DNA of 55,590 nt, taken from contig DASZMD010000229.1 in NCBI GenBank assembly GCA_035551955.1, positions 1 through 55,590 of the forward strand, written 5' to 3'. The notes below the pieces were generated by a model. That model saw nothing but the letters and a program-made list of their open reading frames with translations, was not told the DNA's origin and made no database searches. Shown here piece by piece: positions 10,257 to 20,400 of this stretch. This DNA comes from Solirubrobacteraceae bacterium. GTDB taxonomy: Bacteria > Actinomycetota > Thermoleophilia > Solirubrobacterales > Solirubrobacteraceae. A program made the position numbers and the translations under genes. The number at the start of each line of letters is the position of its first letter. The stretch's first letter is position 1.

Positions 10257-11927
10257 TTACGGCGAATCGCCGTCGATGGCGGCCAGCAACGCGTCGACGA
10301 CCTCGCCGTCGAACTTCGTGCCCGCTCCCCGGCGCAGCTCCGAGCGGGCGCCGCGGGGCCCCAGGGAGGGGCGGTAGGAGCGGTCGTTGGTCATCGCCTC
10401 ATAGGCTTCGGCCACGGCGAGGATGCGGGCCTCGAAGGGGATCTCGGTGGCGCTGAGGCCGCTCGGGTAACCGCCGGAGTCGGGCTGCTCGTGGTGATGG
10501 AGCACCCAGTCGCGGATGTCCCGGAAGGGCGCCGATCCGAGGATGTCCGCCCCGATCTCGGGATGACGGCGCATGGCGCTGCGTTCCTCGGGGGTGAGCG
10601 GACCGCGCTTGCTGAGAATCACCTCGGGAACGCCGACCGTGCCGATGTCGTGGAGCGAGCCCGCGAGCTCGATGCGCTGGACCTTGGCGGGGGGAAGGCC
10701 GAGCTGCCGGGCGGCGATGCCGGCGAGGTGGGCCACGCGACGCGAGTGCTCGGGGGATCCCACCCCGCGGGCATCGAGCGTCCGCACCAGATTGAGCATG
10801 GCCGCGAGCTCCGGGGTCTCGGCCCGACCCGTGGCCCCAGCCGCGTTCACGGTCTCGGCCGCGGGGGAGGGATGAGCGGTCGGCCGGCTCGTGCCCGCCT
10901 CCTTGGCGGCGTAGAGAGCCTTATCCACCGAGGCCCGGAGGGCCTCCGCCGTGTCGCCGTCACCGGGGTGGACGACGAGGCCGATCGACAGTCCCACCGC
11001 CGGGTCGTGGTCGATCAGGGCATCCCGGAGATAGCGGCGCAGGCGCTCGACGAGCACCCATCCCTGCTGCTCGTCGCTCTCGGGCAAGAGGATCGCGAAC
11101 TCGTCACCCCCCACCCGAGCGACGGTGTCCACCGACCGGGTGGCGCCGCGAAGGACCTGGCCGACGAGGATCAGGGTGGCGTCGCCGGCGGGATGCCCGT
11201 AGCGGTCGTTGATCTCCTTGAAGCGATCGAGGTCACCGAGGAGCACGGCGAAGGGACGCTGGGTCCGCTCGGCGCGGGCGATCTCCTGCTCGAGGCGCTC
11301 GTCGAAGGCGCGCCGGTTGAGCAGTCCGGTGAGGGCATCGGTGCGCGCGGCCTGACCCAGCCGCTCGACGAGCTCATCGGTGCGGTCGCGCATCCTCGCC
11401 ACCACCAGGCCGGCGAGGAGCAGGCCGACCATGGTCACCGCCCACACGGTGATGGTGGCGTCGTTGGTGGGGCGCGCCTGGTCGAGCGCCAACCCGTACA
11501 GGGCGCCGATCCATGCCAGCTGCAGGAGCGCGTGCGACCGGGGCAGGAAGTAGAAGACGAAGAGGACGACCCACACGTAGAGAGCCTGGATCCCCGTTCC
11601 GCTGTCGCCCGCGGTGTTGGCGAACACCCGCGCGCCGGTGATCAGCAAGGTCGCGTAGGCGGCGATCACGTCGAAGGACCAGTAGGGCATGCGCCCGGCG
11701 GTGCGGTGCATGACCACCGCGCCGAGCACACACCCCGCGCAGACGGCGAGCATTCCCGCGGTCTTGACGTGCCCGTGGGGCAGGAGGAGCACCGCAAGGG
11801 TGAGCACCGCCCCTCCGAGGAAGAGCCGGACGGCGATGCGCGCCATCAGCCCGCGGTCGTGCGCGGAGAAGGCATCGCGGCGGGTCACGGGATCCGAGCT
11901 CAGGTACGACACGAGCCGAGAGCTCAT
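10257..11927 (-). CDS. Membrane-bound GGDEF + HD-GYP protein
   Basis: About 6 hydrophobic helices, TDALTGLLNRR, RSVD I-site, RVGGDEF, HSRRVA, LHDIG, HHEQPDSGGYP. Confidence 0.93.
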   Translation of the reverse strand: MSSRLVSYLSSDPVTRRDAFSAHDRGLMARIAVRLFLGGAVLTLAVLLLPHGHVKTAGMLAVCAGCVLGAVVMHRTAGRMPYWSFDVIAAYATLLITGARVFANTAGDSGTGIQALYVWVVLFVFYFLPRSHALLQLAWIGALYGLALDQARPTNDATITVWAVTMVGLLLAGLVVARMRDRTDELVERLGQAARTDALTGLLNRRAFDERLEQEIARAERTQRPFAVLLGDLDRFKEINDRYGHPAGDATLILVGQVLRGATRSVDTVARVGGDEFAILLPESDEQQGWVLVERLRRYLRDALIDHDPAVGLSIGLVVHPGDGDTAEALRASVDKALYAAKEAGTSRPTAHPSPAAETVNAAGATGRAETPELAAMLNLVRTLDARGVGSPEHSRRVAHLAGIAARQLGLPPAKVQRIELAGSLHDIGTVGVPEVILSKRGPLTPEERSAMRRHPEIGADILGSAPFRDIRDWVLHHHEQPDSGGYPSGLSATEIPFEARILAVAEAYEAMTNDRSYRPSLGPRGARSELRRGAGTKFDGEVVDALLAAIDGDSP

Positions 11928-11994
11928 ACCAGATCATCGACCAGGCATGGGCAATCCATGAGAATCGGCGGCCAGCGTGGACGATCGTTGCCGC

Positions 11995-12016
11995 GAACCG
12001 TAGAGAACCGTAGAAT
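11995..12016 (+). promoter_or_regulatory. Tandem 10-bp direct repeat overlapping a TAGAAT -10 element
   Basis: GAACCGTAGA x2 (11995-12014) and TAGAAT (12011-12016) upstream of the giant secreted protein gene. Confidence 0.45.
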
Positions 12017-12061
12017 CCCCCCGAGATTAGCGACGTTGGGTCGCCATTAGGAAGGGGCAAG

Positions 12062-15000
12062 ATGAGGGGTCGACGAGAAGATCGTCTGTCCGCGCGCGGG
12101 CGGCGGTCAGCGCTGGCAGTAATGGCAGCGGTGATAACGGCGGGCGCGGTGGCAGGTGTGCTGACCACGGTGGCGGCGGCGGCGAGCTGCCCAGCCACCA
12201 ACTTCGATCAGTACCTGGCCACGTCGGGTGACTGGAGCACGAGCGCGAACTGGTCGCTCAGCGCACCTCCCTCGGGGACCCAGGTGGCATGCTGGAACGC
12301 CGGCACGACGGTGACGGTTTCGACCGCTGTGAGCGTCGACTCGATCCAGGCGGGCGGAGACCTCAGCATCGTCGCCGGTGGCACCCTCACGCTCACCTCG
12401 ACGGCGAACGACTCCGCCGTGGGCGATCTCTTCCTCGAAGGCGGCGGCGAGCTCGACGGGCCCGTTGCGCGCACGATGACCGTCGCGGCCAATTTCGACT
12501 GGGGCGGCTCGGGGAGCGGGACCGCGAACCTCAACGGCGCCGCGGGCTCGGGCCTGGCGATCGCCAGCGGGCCGCTGACCGTCGACGGGAGCACCTCGAC
12601 GCCCCAGCTCCTCGGCGGCTCGGTCAATACCGGCAGCTCCTCGGTGTCGATCACCAACGGCGGCTTCCAGGCCTCAGGGGGAGCGGCCCTGACCACGACG
12701 AGCACGATCACCCTGGGCTCGGCGGTGAAGGTCGGCGGGAGCGGGGCCAGCTTCACGGCCGCGGGCGTCGGCGCCACCGGAGGCTCGCCGCAGACCTACG
12801 GGTTCGGCACCGATGCGCTGACCCTCACGGGCGGGACGACGACGGTGGCGAGCGGCAACACCTTCGACACCGGTCCCCTCGCCCTCCAGGGCGGCACCCT
12901 GGTCGACGACGGCACCGTCGCGTCGTCGCCGAGCGCCGTGACCCTCAGCGGCGGCACCCTCCGGGGCACGGGCGCCGTCGACGGAGCGGTGGCCCTGAAC
13001 TCGGGCACGATCTCCCCCGGCGACGCGGCGCCGGGAACCCTGACCGTAGTCGGCAACTATTCCCAGACGGGCGGGACGCTCGACATCACCCTGGCCTCCG
13101 GCGCCTTCGGTCAGCTCGCCGTTCAGGGGACGGCGGCGCTCGGCGGCACCCTCTCGCTCACCGACGCCTCAGGCTTCACCCCCGGACAAGCCGCCAGCTT
13201 CCAGATCCTCACCTCGACGGGCACCCGCTCGGGGACGTTCGCCACCGTCGCCGGCCCCAACGCGGGCACGTACTACCCGCAGTACGGCGCCGGCGGCGTC
13301 ACCCTGCTCGTCACGCCCGCAGGCTGCCCGGCCGGCAACTTCGACGCCTACGCCGCGAGCGGCGGCAACTGGTCGACGGCCGCCAACTGGTCACAGAGCG
13401 CGCCTCCCTCGGGGACCCAGGTGGCGTGCTGGACCGCGGGCACAACGGTGACCGTGTCCGACAGCGAGAGCGCGGACTCGATCCAGGCCGGCGGCAACCT
13501 CACGATCGTCAGCGGAGGCACGCTCAAGCTCACCGCCTCCACCCACGGCTCCTCGGTCAACGCGCTCGCCCTCGAGGTCGGAGGCGAGCTCGACGGCCCG
13601 GCGAGCCCGAGCGCTCAGACCCTGACGGTCACCGGCAACTTCGACTGGGGCGGGGGCACGGGAAGTGGAACGGCCGCCCTCAACGCTGCCGCCAACTCCA
13701 ATCTCACCGTCAACCAGACCGCCGACGGCACCGGCGCCCTGACCATCGACGGAACCGGGTCGACGCCCGCCCTCGACGGCGGATCTGTCATCACCAACAG
13801 CCCGGCCTCGATCACCAACTCGAACTTCCGAGGGGTGAGCGGCGCCGTCCTCACGGTGACCGGCCAGCCCCTCACCCTCGGGTCCGGCGTCAGCCTGACG
13901 ACGGGCACGGGAGGCACGATCGTCGCCGCCGGCATCGACACCGTCGGCGGCGCCAACACGGTGCAGAGCTTCGCCGTGCATCTGACGACGGGGGCAACGA
14001 GCAGCCTCGCCTCCGGGAGCACCCTGAACGTGCAGAGCCTGACCACCGACGCCGGGACCACCCTGCCCGTCCCCTCGGGGGTGGCGCTGAACGTGTTCGC
14101 GGGAACGATCTCGGGGACGATCAACGGCGCCGGCACGTTCACGGCCACCGGGGGCACCGTCGAGATCAAGGCCGGCGGGGCCCTGTCGACGAGCTCGGTC
14201 AGCCTCCCCACCGGCACCCTCACGGTGGACAGCGGCGCGACGTACAACCCGGCCACCGCGACCACCATCACCGGCGGCGTCCTCAACGTCAACGCGAACA
14301 GCTCCACGGGCGCACTGTCGCTCGAAGCCGGCCAGCTCAACGGCGCGAGCGGCATCACCCTGACCGTCACCGGCGCCTTCGACTGGGGCGCGAGCGCCAC
14401 CGGGAGCAGCGCGGGGGCGATCAACTCGGCCACCGGCGCCGCGCTCGCCATCTCGCAGACCGGCGGCGCCAGCTTCGCGATCGACAGCCACGCCGGGAGC
14501 ACGCCTCAGCTCGCCGGCGGTCTGGTCACCACCACGAGCCCGGTGAGCATCACCAGCCCGGCCTTCGCCACCACCCATACGCCCGCTCTCACCACCTCGA
14601 GCACGATCACCCTGGGCGCGTCGGTGGCGATCAGCGGGACGGGAGCCAGCTTCACCGCCGCCGGCGTCAACCCCACTGGCGGATCGCCGCAGAACTACGG
14701 GTTCGGCGGCAACGGCCTGACCCTCACCGGCGGCACCACCACGGTGGCCGTCGGGAACACCCTCACCGCCGGCGCCCTCAAGCTCACCGGTGGCACCCTT
14801 CAGGATGACGGCACCGTCGCCCCCACCGCGACGACGCTCACCGGTGGCACGCTTCAGGGCATCGGCAAGGTCAACGGCGCGGTGACCAACAGCTCGGGAA
14901 CGGTGGCTCCGGGAGACGGGGCGGCCGGCATCCTCACGATCACCGGGAACTACGTGCAGTCAAGCGCCGCGACGCTGGCGGTGCAGATCGACGGCACGAC

Positions 15001-18000
15001 CGCCGGCACGGGCACCGGCTTCTTCGGGCAGCTCAAAGTGAGCGGCACCGCCAACGTCTCCGGGACCCTGGCGGTGACCGACGTCGCCGGGTTCACCCCC
15101 GCGCAGGCCAACACCTTCGCGATCCTGACCGCCACCTCGCGGACCGGGGAGTTCACCCAGCTGAGCGGAAATGCCGCCAGCATCTACTTCGCCCAGTACG
15201 GAGCCACCAACGTGACCCTGGCGGTGACGTCCTCGAGCTGTCCCGCCACCGGCTTCGACGCCTACTCGCCGAGCGGCGGCAGCTGGTCCACCGCCGCCAA
15301 CTGGTCAACGGGCGCTGCTCCCACCGGGACCCAGGTCGCCTGCTGGTCCTCGGGCGTGACCGTCACCGTCTCCAATGCCCAGACGGTGAACTCGATCCAG
15401 GCGGCCGGGAACCTGACCATCGCCAGCGGTGGCACGCTGACGCTCGGGTCGGGGACCGCGACCACCACCTCGACCGTCGGCGCGCTCACCCTGGCGGGCG
15501 GCGGCGAGCTCGACGCTCCGAGCGACCTCACCCACGCCCAGACGCTCGACGTCACGGGCGCCTTCAGCTGGGCCGTCGGCACCGGGACCACCACGGCGTC
15601 GATCAACAAGGCGGCCGGCTCGAGCCTCCAGGTCATCCAGCCCTCCGGGCAGACGATGACGATCGGGGCGAGCACCCAGACCGCCTCCCTGGGCGGCGGC
15701 TCGATCCTCACCGGGAGCCCGGTCTCGATCGCCGGCTCGCACTTCCAGGGCGTGGCGGGCACGACGCTGACCACGACGCAGGCCGTGACCCTGGGCTCGG
15801 CCACCACCGCCGTCAACCTCGCCACCGGCGCGGGGACGATCGTCGCGGGCGCGATCAACACCCTCGATCCGGGGGCGACGAACAGCATCACCGGCTTCGC
15901 CCTCCACCTGACCACGGGCACGAGCAGCTCCTTGGCCGCCAACAGCACGCTCCAGGTGCAGAACCTGACCACCGACTCGGGGACCACCCTCCCGGTGCCG
16001 GCGGGCGCGGCGCTCAACGTCTTCTCGGGGACACTCTCGGGCACGGTGAGCGGCGCGGGCACCTTCGTCGCGGGCATCGGCGCCACGGGGGGAACCACCG
16101 AGATCAAGGGCGGCGGCGCGCTCTCGACCGCGGTCACGGTGGGACCGGGGAGCGTGATCGTCGACACGGGCGCGAGCTACGGCGCCGCCTCCACCACCGT
16201 CGGCGCGGGCAGCCTGACCCTGAACGCGGCTAGCTCCACCGGTGCCCTGTCGGTGACGGGCGGTGGCCAGGTCAACGGCGTGAGCGGCAACTCGCTGACC
16301 GCCTCGGGGGCCGTGACCTGGACCTCCGGCGCCCTCACCAACCTTGCCCTGACGCAGACGGGGACGGGCTTCTCGGTGTCGGGCGCCGGCACCACCTCGC
16401 TCGCCGGCGGCTCGGTGAACACCCCCAGCCCGGTGTCGATCACGAGCACGCACTTCCAGACCTCGGGGACGCCCACCCTCACCACCTCGAGCACGATCAC
16501 CCTCGGCCCCTCGGTCGCCATCACCAGCTCGGGCGCCACCTTCGTGGCGGCGGGACTCGGACCGGCGAGCGGCACCGGCGCCGGCGTCATCACCACGACG
16601 TACGACTTCGGCGCCGGGGAAGCCCTCACCCTCACGGGCGGCTCGACCACGGTGGCGAGCAGCGGGCTGCTGGAGACGGGGGCGCTCACGCTCACGGCGG
16701 GCACACTCCAGGACGACGGCACCATCGAGCCCTCTTCGACCACGGTCACCGGGGGAGCCCTCCAGGGCCAGGGCACGATCACCAACGCGCTGAACAACAG
16801 CGCCGGGACGGTCGCCCCGGGCGATGGGGGACCGGGGGTGCTCAACATCGGAGGCAATTACTCCCAGGGCGGCGCAGGCACGCTCGCCATCACCCTGGGC
16901 GGCACCACCGCGGGGAGCGGGTTCAGCCAGCTCCAGGTGGGCGGCACCGCCGCCCTCAGCGGCAACCTCTCGCTCAGCGACGTAGGCGGCTTCACCCCCT
17001 CGGGGAGCGACACCTTCCAGATCCTCAGCTCCACCTCGGCGCGGTCGGGGGCGATGACGGTAACCGGCCCGAGCGCCGACCTCTACGTCGTCCGCTACAA
17101 CCCCAACGACGTCACGCTCGCCTCTAGTCCCACCCCAGCGAACATCGAAGCCCCGACGATCACCGGCGCGGCCAGCGTCGGCCAGAGCCTGACCTGCTCG
17201 GACGGGACCTGGAGCGCCAGTCCGACCACGTTCACCTTCCAATGGAATCGCGACGGGACCCCGATCGCGGGGGCCATGAGCCAGAGCTATGTGGTGAGCA
17301 CCGCCGATCGGGGAGCGTCGCTGACCTGCACGGTGACCGCGTCCAACAGCTTCGGCCAGGGGACTCCGGCCACCAGCGCGGCCGTCTCCATCCCGGCGCC
17401 TGTGGGCACCCCCAGCTCGCCGCTCGACGTCGTCTCGCCCATCATCTCGGGGACGCCGACGCCCGGGAACCACCTGACGTGCTCGAACGGCGTCTGGCTG
17501 CCGAGCCCGAGCGGCTTCACCTACCAGTGGGCACGCAACGGAGTGCCGATCGCCGGCGCCACCAGCTCGGTCTACACCGTGCAGATCGGCGACGAGGGCG
17601 CCTCGCTCACGTGCACGGTGTCGGGATCGAATGGCGGCGGGACCGGGGTATCGAGCCCGAGCGCGGCCATCGTCGTCGCCGAGCCCGGCACGCTCACGTG
17701 CGCCAAGCCGACCGGAAAGCTGAGCGGCCGCTCGCTCGGACCGCTCCAGCTCGGGTTCAAGCGCACCCGCGCCCGCCACACCCTGTCCCGTTATACCGCC
17801 GTCGGCGCCGCCGAGGACGACTACTGCCTGTACGGCGGCTGGGGCATCCACGCCGGCTACCCGACGAACGCGCTGCTGCGCAGCGTTGCCGCGGCCCAGC
17901 GGGGACGGTTCAAGGGCAGGATCGCGCTCGCGCTGACCTCGAACCCGTACTACGCCCTGGGCGCCGCGCGGCCGGGGATGACCCTGAGCTCGGTGGCCCG

Positions 18001-18187
18001 CCGGCTCGGCACCGCCAAGGCCGTCACCATCGGCGCCAACAGCTGGTACGTGCTGCGGGGGAGCGTGAGCCGCGGTGTGCTCAAGGTGCGCGGAGGGATC
18101 ATCCAGGAGATCGGGATCGCCACCGTCGCCTTCACCAACACCCGCGCCGCCCAGCGCCGGCTGCTGAACACGTTCACCGGCGCCTGA
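12062..18187 (+). CDS. Giant secreted Gly/Thr/Ser-rich repeat protein (beta-helix adhesin-like) with two Ig-like domains and a basic tail
   Basis: Signal peptide ending in AAAA-S; three long repeats each starting CPAxxFDxY; two PxIxGxxxxGxxLTCSxGxW...QWxRxG Ig-like units; Arg/Lys-rich C-terminal domain. Confidence 0.9.
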   Translation: MRGRREDRLSARGRRSALAVMAAVITAGAVAGVLTTVAAAASCPATNFDQYLATSGDWSTSANWSLSAPPSGTQVACWNAGTTVTVSTAVSVDSIQAGGDLSIVAGGTLTLTSTANDSAVGDLFLEGGGELDGPVARTMTVAANFDWGGSGSGTANLNGAAGSGLAIASGPLTVDGSTSTPQLLGGSVNTGSSSVSITNGGFQASGGAALTTTSTITLGSAVKVGGSGASFTAAGVGATGGSPQTYGFGTDALTLTGGTTTVASGNTFDTGPLALQGGTLVDDGTVASSPSAVTLSGGTLRGTGAVDGAVALNSGTISPGDAAPGTLTVVGNYSQTGGTLDITLASGAFGQLAVQGTAALGGTLSLTDASGFTPGQAASFQILTSTGTRSGTFATVAGPNAGTYYPQYGAGGVTLLVTPAGCPAGNFDAYAASGGNWSTAANWSQSAPPSGTQVACWTAGTTVTVSDSESADSIQAGGNLTIVSGGTLKLTASTHGSSVNALALEVGGELDGPASPSAQTLTVTGNFDWGGGTGSGTAALNAAANSNLTVNQTADGTGALTIDGTGSTPALDGGSVITNSPASITNSNFRGVSGAVLTVTGQPLTLGSGVSLTTGTGGTIVAAGIDTVGGANTVQSFAVHLTTGATSSLASGSTLNVQSLTTDAGTTLPVPSGVALNVFAGTISGTINGAGTFTATGGTVEIKAGGALSTSSVSLPTGTLTVDSGATYNPATATTITGGVLNVNANSSTGALSLEAGQLNGASGITLTVTGAFDWGASATGSSAGAINSATGAALAISQTGGASFAIDSHAGSTPQLAGGLVTTTSPVSITSPAFATTHTPALTTSSTITLGASVAISGTGASFTAAGVNPTGGSPQNYGFGGNGLTLTGGTTTVAVGNTLTAGALKLTGGTLQDDGTVAPTATTLTGGTLQGIGKVNGAVTNSSGTVAPGDGAAGILTITGNYVQSSAATLAVQIDGTTAGTGTGFFGQLKVSGTANVSGTLAVTDVAGFTPAQANTFAILTATSRTGEFTQLSGNAASIYFAQYGATNVTLAVTSSSCPATGFDAYSPSGGSWSTAANWSTGAAPTGTQVACWSSGVTVTVSNAQTVNSIQAAGNLTIASGGTLTLGSGTATTTSTVGALTLAGGGELDAPSDLTHAQTLDVTGAFSWAVGTGTTTASINKAAGSSLQVIQPSGQTMTIGASTQTASLGGGSILTGSPVSIAGSHFQGVAGTTLTTTQAVTLGSATTAVNLATGAGTIVAGAINTLDPGATNSITGFALHLTTGTSSSLAANSTLQVQNLTTDSGTTLPVPAGAALNVFSGTLSGTVSGAGTFVAGIGATGGTTEIKGGGALSTAVTVGPGSVIVDTGASYGAASTTVGAGSLTLNAASSTGALSVTGGGQVNGVSGNSLTASGAVTWTSGALTNLALTQTGTGFSVSGAGTTSLAGGSVNTPSPVSITSTHFQTSGTPTLTTSSTITLGPSVAITSSGATFVAAGLGPASGTGAGVITTTYDFGAGEALTLTGGSTTVASSGLLETGALTLTAGTLQDDGTIEPSSTTVTGGALQGQGTITNALNNSAGTVAPGDGGPGVLNIGGNYSQGGAGTLAITLGGTTAGSGFSQLQVGGTAALSGNLSLSDVGGFTPSGSDTFQILSSTSARSGAMTVTGPSADLYVVRYNPNDVTLASSPTPANIEAPTITGAASVGQSLTCSDGTWSASPTTFTFQWNRDGTPIAGAMSQSYVVSTADRGASLTCTVTASNSFGQGTPATSAAVSIPAPVGTPSSPLDVVSPIISGTPTPGNHLTCSNGVWLPSPSGFTYQWARNGVPIAGATSSVYTVQIGDEGASLTCTVSGSNGGGTGVSSPSAAIVVAEPGTLTCAKPTGKLSGRSLGPLQLGFKRTRARHTLSRYTAVGAAEDDYCLYGGWGIHAGYPTNALLRSVAAAQRGRFKGRIALALTSNPYYALGAARPGMTLSSVARRLGTAKAVTIGANSWYVLRGSVSRGVLKVRGGIIQEIGIATVAFTNTRAAQRRLLNTFTGA
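12188..17125 (+). repeat. Three intragenic repeats starting at 12188, 13325 and 15239
   Basis: Recurring CPAxxFDxYxxxxGxWSTxANWS...TQVACW and T(I/V)(S/A)PGD...GNYxQ...GFTP. Near-identical DNA, e.g. CCTCCCTCGGGGACCCAGGTGGCRTGCTGGA at about 12266 and 13403. Confidence 0.9.
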
Positions 18188-18196
18188 ACGCGGGCG

Positions 18197-18251
18197 TAAG
18201 CGGACCCCGCGGTCCGTTTGTGTTAGCCTAACCGGACCGTTAAGTCCGTTT
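18197..18251. promoter_or_regulatory. Twin palindromic operator TAASCGGAC-N6-GTCCGTTT, probably bound by the adjacent TetR
   Basis: CGGAC-cccgcg-GTCCG (18201-18216) and CGGAC-cgttaa-GTCCG (18233-18248), with near-identical flanks and 32 bp spacing, directly upstream of MFS-tetR. Confidence 0.8.
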
Positions 18252-18275
18252 CAGTCCTCGATCCAGGAGGCCCCC

Positions 18276-19739
18276 GTGCCCGCCACCACGTCCGCCCCCC
18301 CGTCCACCAATCGCTGGCTCGTGCTCGTCATCGCCTGCCTGGCGCAGTTCATGGTCGTCCTCGACGTCACCGTGGTCAACGTCGCCCTCCCCTCCATCCA
18401 GCATGGACTCCACTTCTCGGCCGCCAACCTGCAGTGGGTGATCAACGGCTACACCCTGATCTTCGGCGGCTTCCTGTTGCTGGGCGGCCGCGCCGCTGAC
18501 CTCCTCGGCCGCAAGCGCCTGTTCACCGCCGGCGTGGCCCTCTTCACCTTCGCCTCGCTCCTGAACGGGTTTGCGCAGTCGTCGGGGATGCTCATTGCCG
18601 GCCGGGCCCTGCAGGGCCTCGGAGCCGCGCTCGTCTCGCCCGCGGCGCTCTCGATCATCACCACCACCTTCACCTCGAGCGAGGAGCGCACCAAGGCGCT
18701 CGGCGTGTGGAGCGGCATCGCCGCGGGCGGCGGAGCCGTGGGCCTCCTCCTCGGCGGGGTGCTCACCGACCTGCTCTCGTGGCCGTGGATCTTCTTCGTC
18801 AACGTCCCCGTCGGGGTCATCGCCCTGGCCATGACCAGGCGCTTCGTCCCCGAGTCGCGGGCGGCCACCGGGCACCGCACCTTCGACCTCGCCGGGGCCG
18901 CGAGCGTGACCGCGGCGCTCGTGCTCATCGTCTACGCGATCGTCAAGGCACAGTCCTTCGGTTGGGGCTCGGCGCGCACCATCGGCCTGATCGGCGGCGG
19001 CCTCGCCCTGCTCACCGTCTTCACGCTGATCGAGCGCCGGAGCAAGGCCCCGCTCGTGCGCCTGAGCATCTTCCGGCTGCGGACCCTCACCGTCGCCGAC
19101 GCGGTCATGCTCCTCGTCGCCTCGGGTCTGTTCTCGATGTTCTTCTTCGCCTCGCTCTACGTCCAGGAGATTCTCGGCTACAGCCCGCTGCGTGCGGGCC
19201 TGGCCTTCCTGCCCGTGACGGCGGGGATCGGGATCGGCGCGGCGATCGCCCAGCAGCTGATCCGCCGCGTCGGCGTCCGCGCCATGTCGGTGGCGGGGAT
19301 TTCCATCGCCACGGTGGGGATGGTGATTCTCACCGGCCTGCCCGTGCACGGCAGCTACGTCGGCGACCTCCTGGTCGGCTTGATGCCGCTGAGCATCGGG
19401 ATGGGCCTCACCTTCGTCCCCATCACCCTGCTGGGGACTGGCAACCTCGACAACGACGATGCCGGGCTCGCCTCGGGCCTCTTCAACACCGCCCAGCAGG
19501 TCGGCGGCGCGCTCGGCCTCGCCGTGCTCTCGACCCTGGCGGCGAGCCACACGGCCGGGCTCGTGCACGCTGGGGCCGGCCCGGCGGCACGGGCGGCCGC
19601 GCTGGTCAGCGGCTACCACGTGGCCTTCGCGGGAGGAGCGATCGTCCTCGGGTCGGGCGCGCTGCTGCTCGCCGCCGGGCTCCGCCGCCGGCACGTCGTC
19701 GGGATCGACGTGACCGCCTCGCCGGTGGTGGCGGCGTAG
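18276..19739 (+). CDS. DHA2 (EmrB/QacA) MFS efflux transporter
   Basis: AQFMVVLDVTVVNVALPSI, LGGRAADLLGRKR, WIFFVNVPVG; about 14 TM helices. Confidence 0.95.
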   Translation: MPATTSAPPSTNRWLVLVIACLAQFMVVLDVTVVNVALPSIQHGLHFSAANLQWVINGYTLIFGGFLLLGGRAADLLGRKRLFTAGVALFTFASLLNGFAQSSGMLIAGRALQGLGAALVSPAALSIITTTFTSSEERTKALGVWSGIAAGGGAVGLLLGGVLTDLLSWPWIFFVNVPVGVIALAMTRRFVPESRAATGHRTFDLAGAASVTAALVLIVYAIVKAQSFGWGSARTIGLIGGGLALLTVFTLIERRSKAPLVRLSIFRLRTLTVADAVMLLVASGLFSMFFFASLYVQEILGYSPLRAGLAFLPVTAGIGIGAAIAQQLIRRVGVRAMSVAGISIATVGMVILTGLPVHGSYVGDLLVGLMPLSIGMGLTFVPITLLGTGNLDNDDAGLASGLFNTAQQVGGALGLAVLSTLAASHTAGLVHAGAGPAARAAALVSGYHVAFAGGAIVLGSGALLLAAGLRRRHVVGIDVTASPVVAA

Positions 19740-19751
19740 GACAATGGTGTG

Positions 19752-20393
19752 ATGCCCGAGAGCACCAGGCCCCTGCGGGCCGACGCCGAGCGCAACCGGC
19801 GGCTCCTCCTCGATGCCGCGGCGGCGGCCTTCGCCGAGCACGGGCTTGACGTCGGCGTGGCCGAGATCGCTCGCCGCGCCGGCGTCGGCCAGGGCACGGT
19901 GTTCCGCCGGTTCCCGACCAAGGAGCACCTGATCGCGGCGGTGGTGGTCGACCGGATGCATCAGGTGAGCGCGCGCGGACGCGAGCTGCTCACCGCCCCC
20001 GACCCCGGGCAGGCGGTGTTCGTGCTCCTCGGCGCCATGGTCGAGGGCGCCCAGAGTGACCGCGCCCTGTTCGAGGCCGTCGCCGACACCTTTCTGGCCA
20101 ACGAGGACATCCGGGCGGCCCACAGCGATCTCGTCCAGGTCATGGACCGGCTCCTGCGGCGCGCCCAGGACGTGGGCGCGGTGCGCGACGACGTCGGCGC
20201 CCTCGACCTGCTGATGATGTTCAAGGGCGTGTGCGAGGCCTCGCGGCCGTTCAACGATCCTGGGATCATGGCGCGGCAGCTCGAGCTCATGCGAGCGGCG
20301 CTGCGGCCGGTGGACGGGGGTGAACGGCTGAGCGGCCTGCCGCCCACGCTGGCGGACATGGAGCGCGCCGTCGGTGCAGACGGGGCAGCTTAA
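19752..20393 (+). CDS. TetR family regulator
   Basis: LRADAERNR...EIARRAGVGQGTVFRRFPTKE helix-turn-helix. Confidence 0.95.
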   Translation: MPESTRPLRADAERNRRLLLDAAAAAFAEHGLDVGVAEIARRAGVGQGTVFRRFPTKEHLIAAVVVDRMHQVSARGRELLTAPDPGQAVFVLLGAMVEGAQSDRALFEAVADTFLANEDIRAAHSDLVQVMDRLLRRAQDVGAVRDDVGALDLLMMFKGVCEASRPFNDPGIMARQLELMRAALRPVDGGERLSGLPPTLADMERAVGADGAA

Positions 20394-20400
20394 GCCCGGG

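Noticed and set aside
12188-17125. CRISPR array or DGR-like template/variable repeats
   Set aside because: The repeats are in-frame, long and diverged at all base types; there are no spacers, cas genes or reverse transcriptase.
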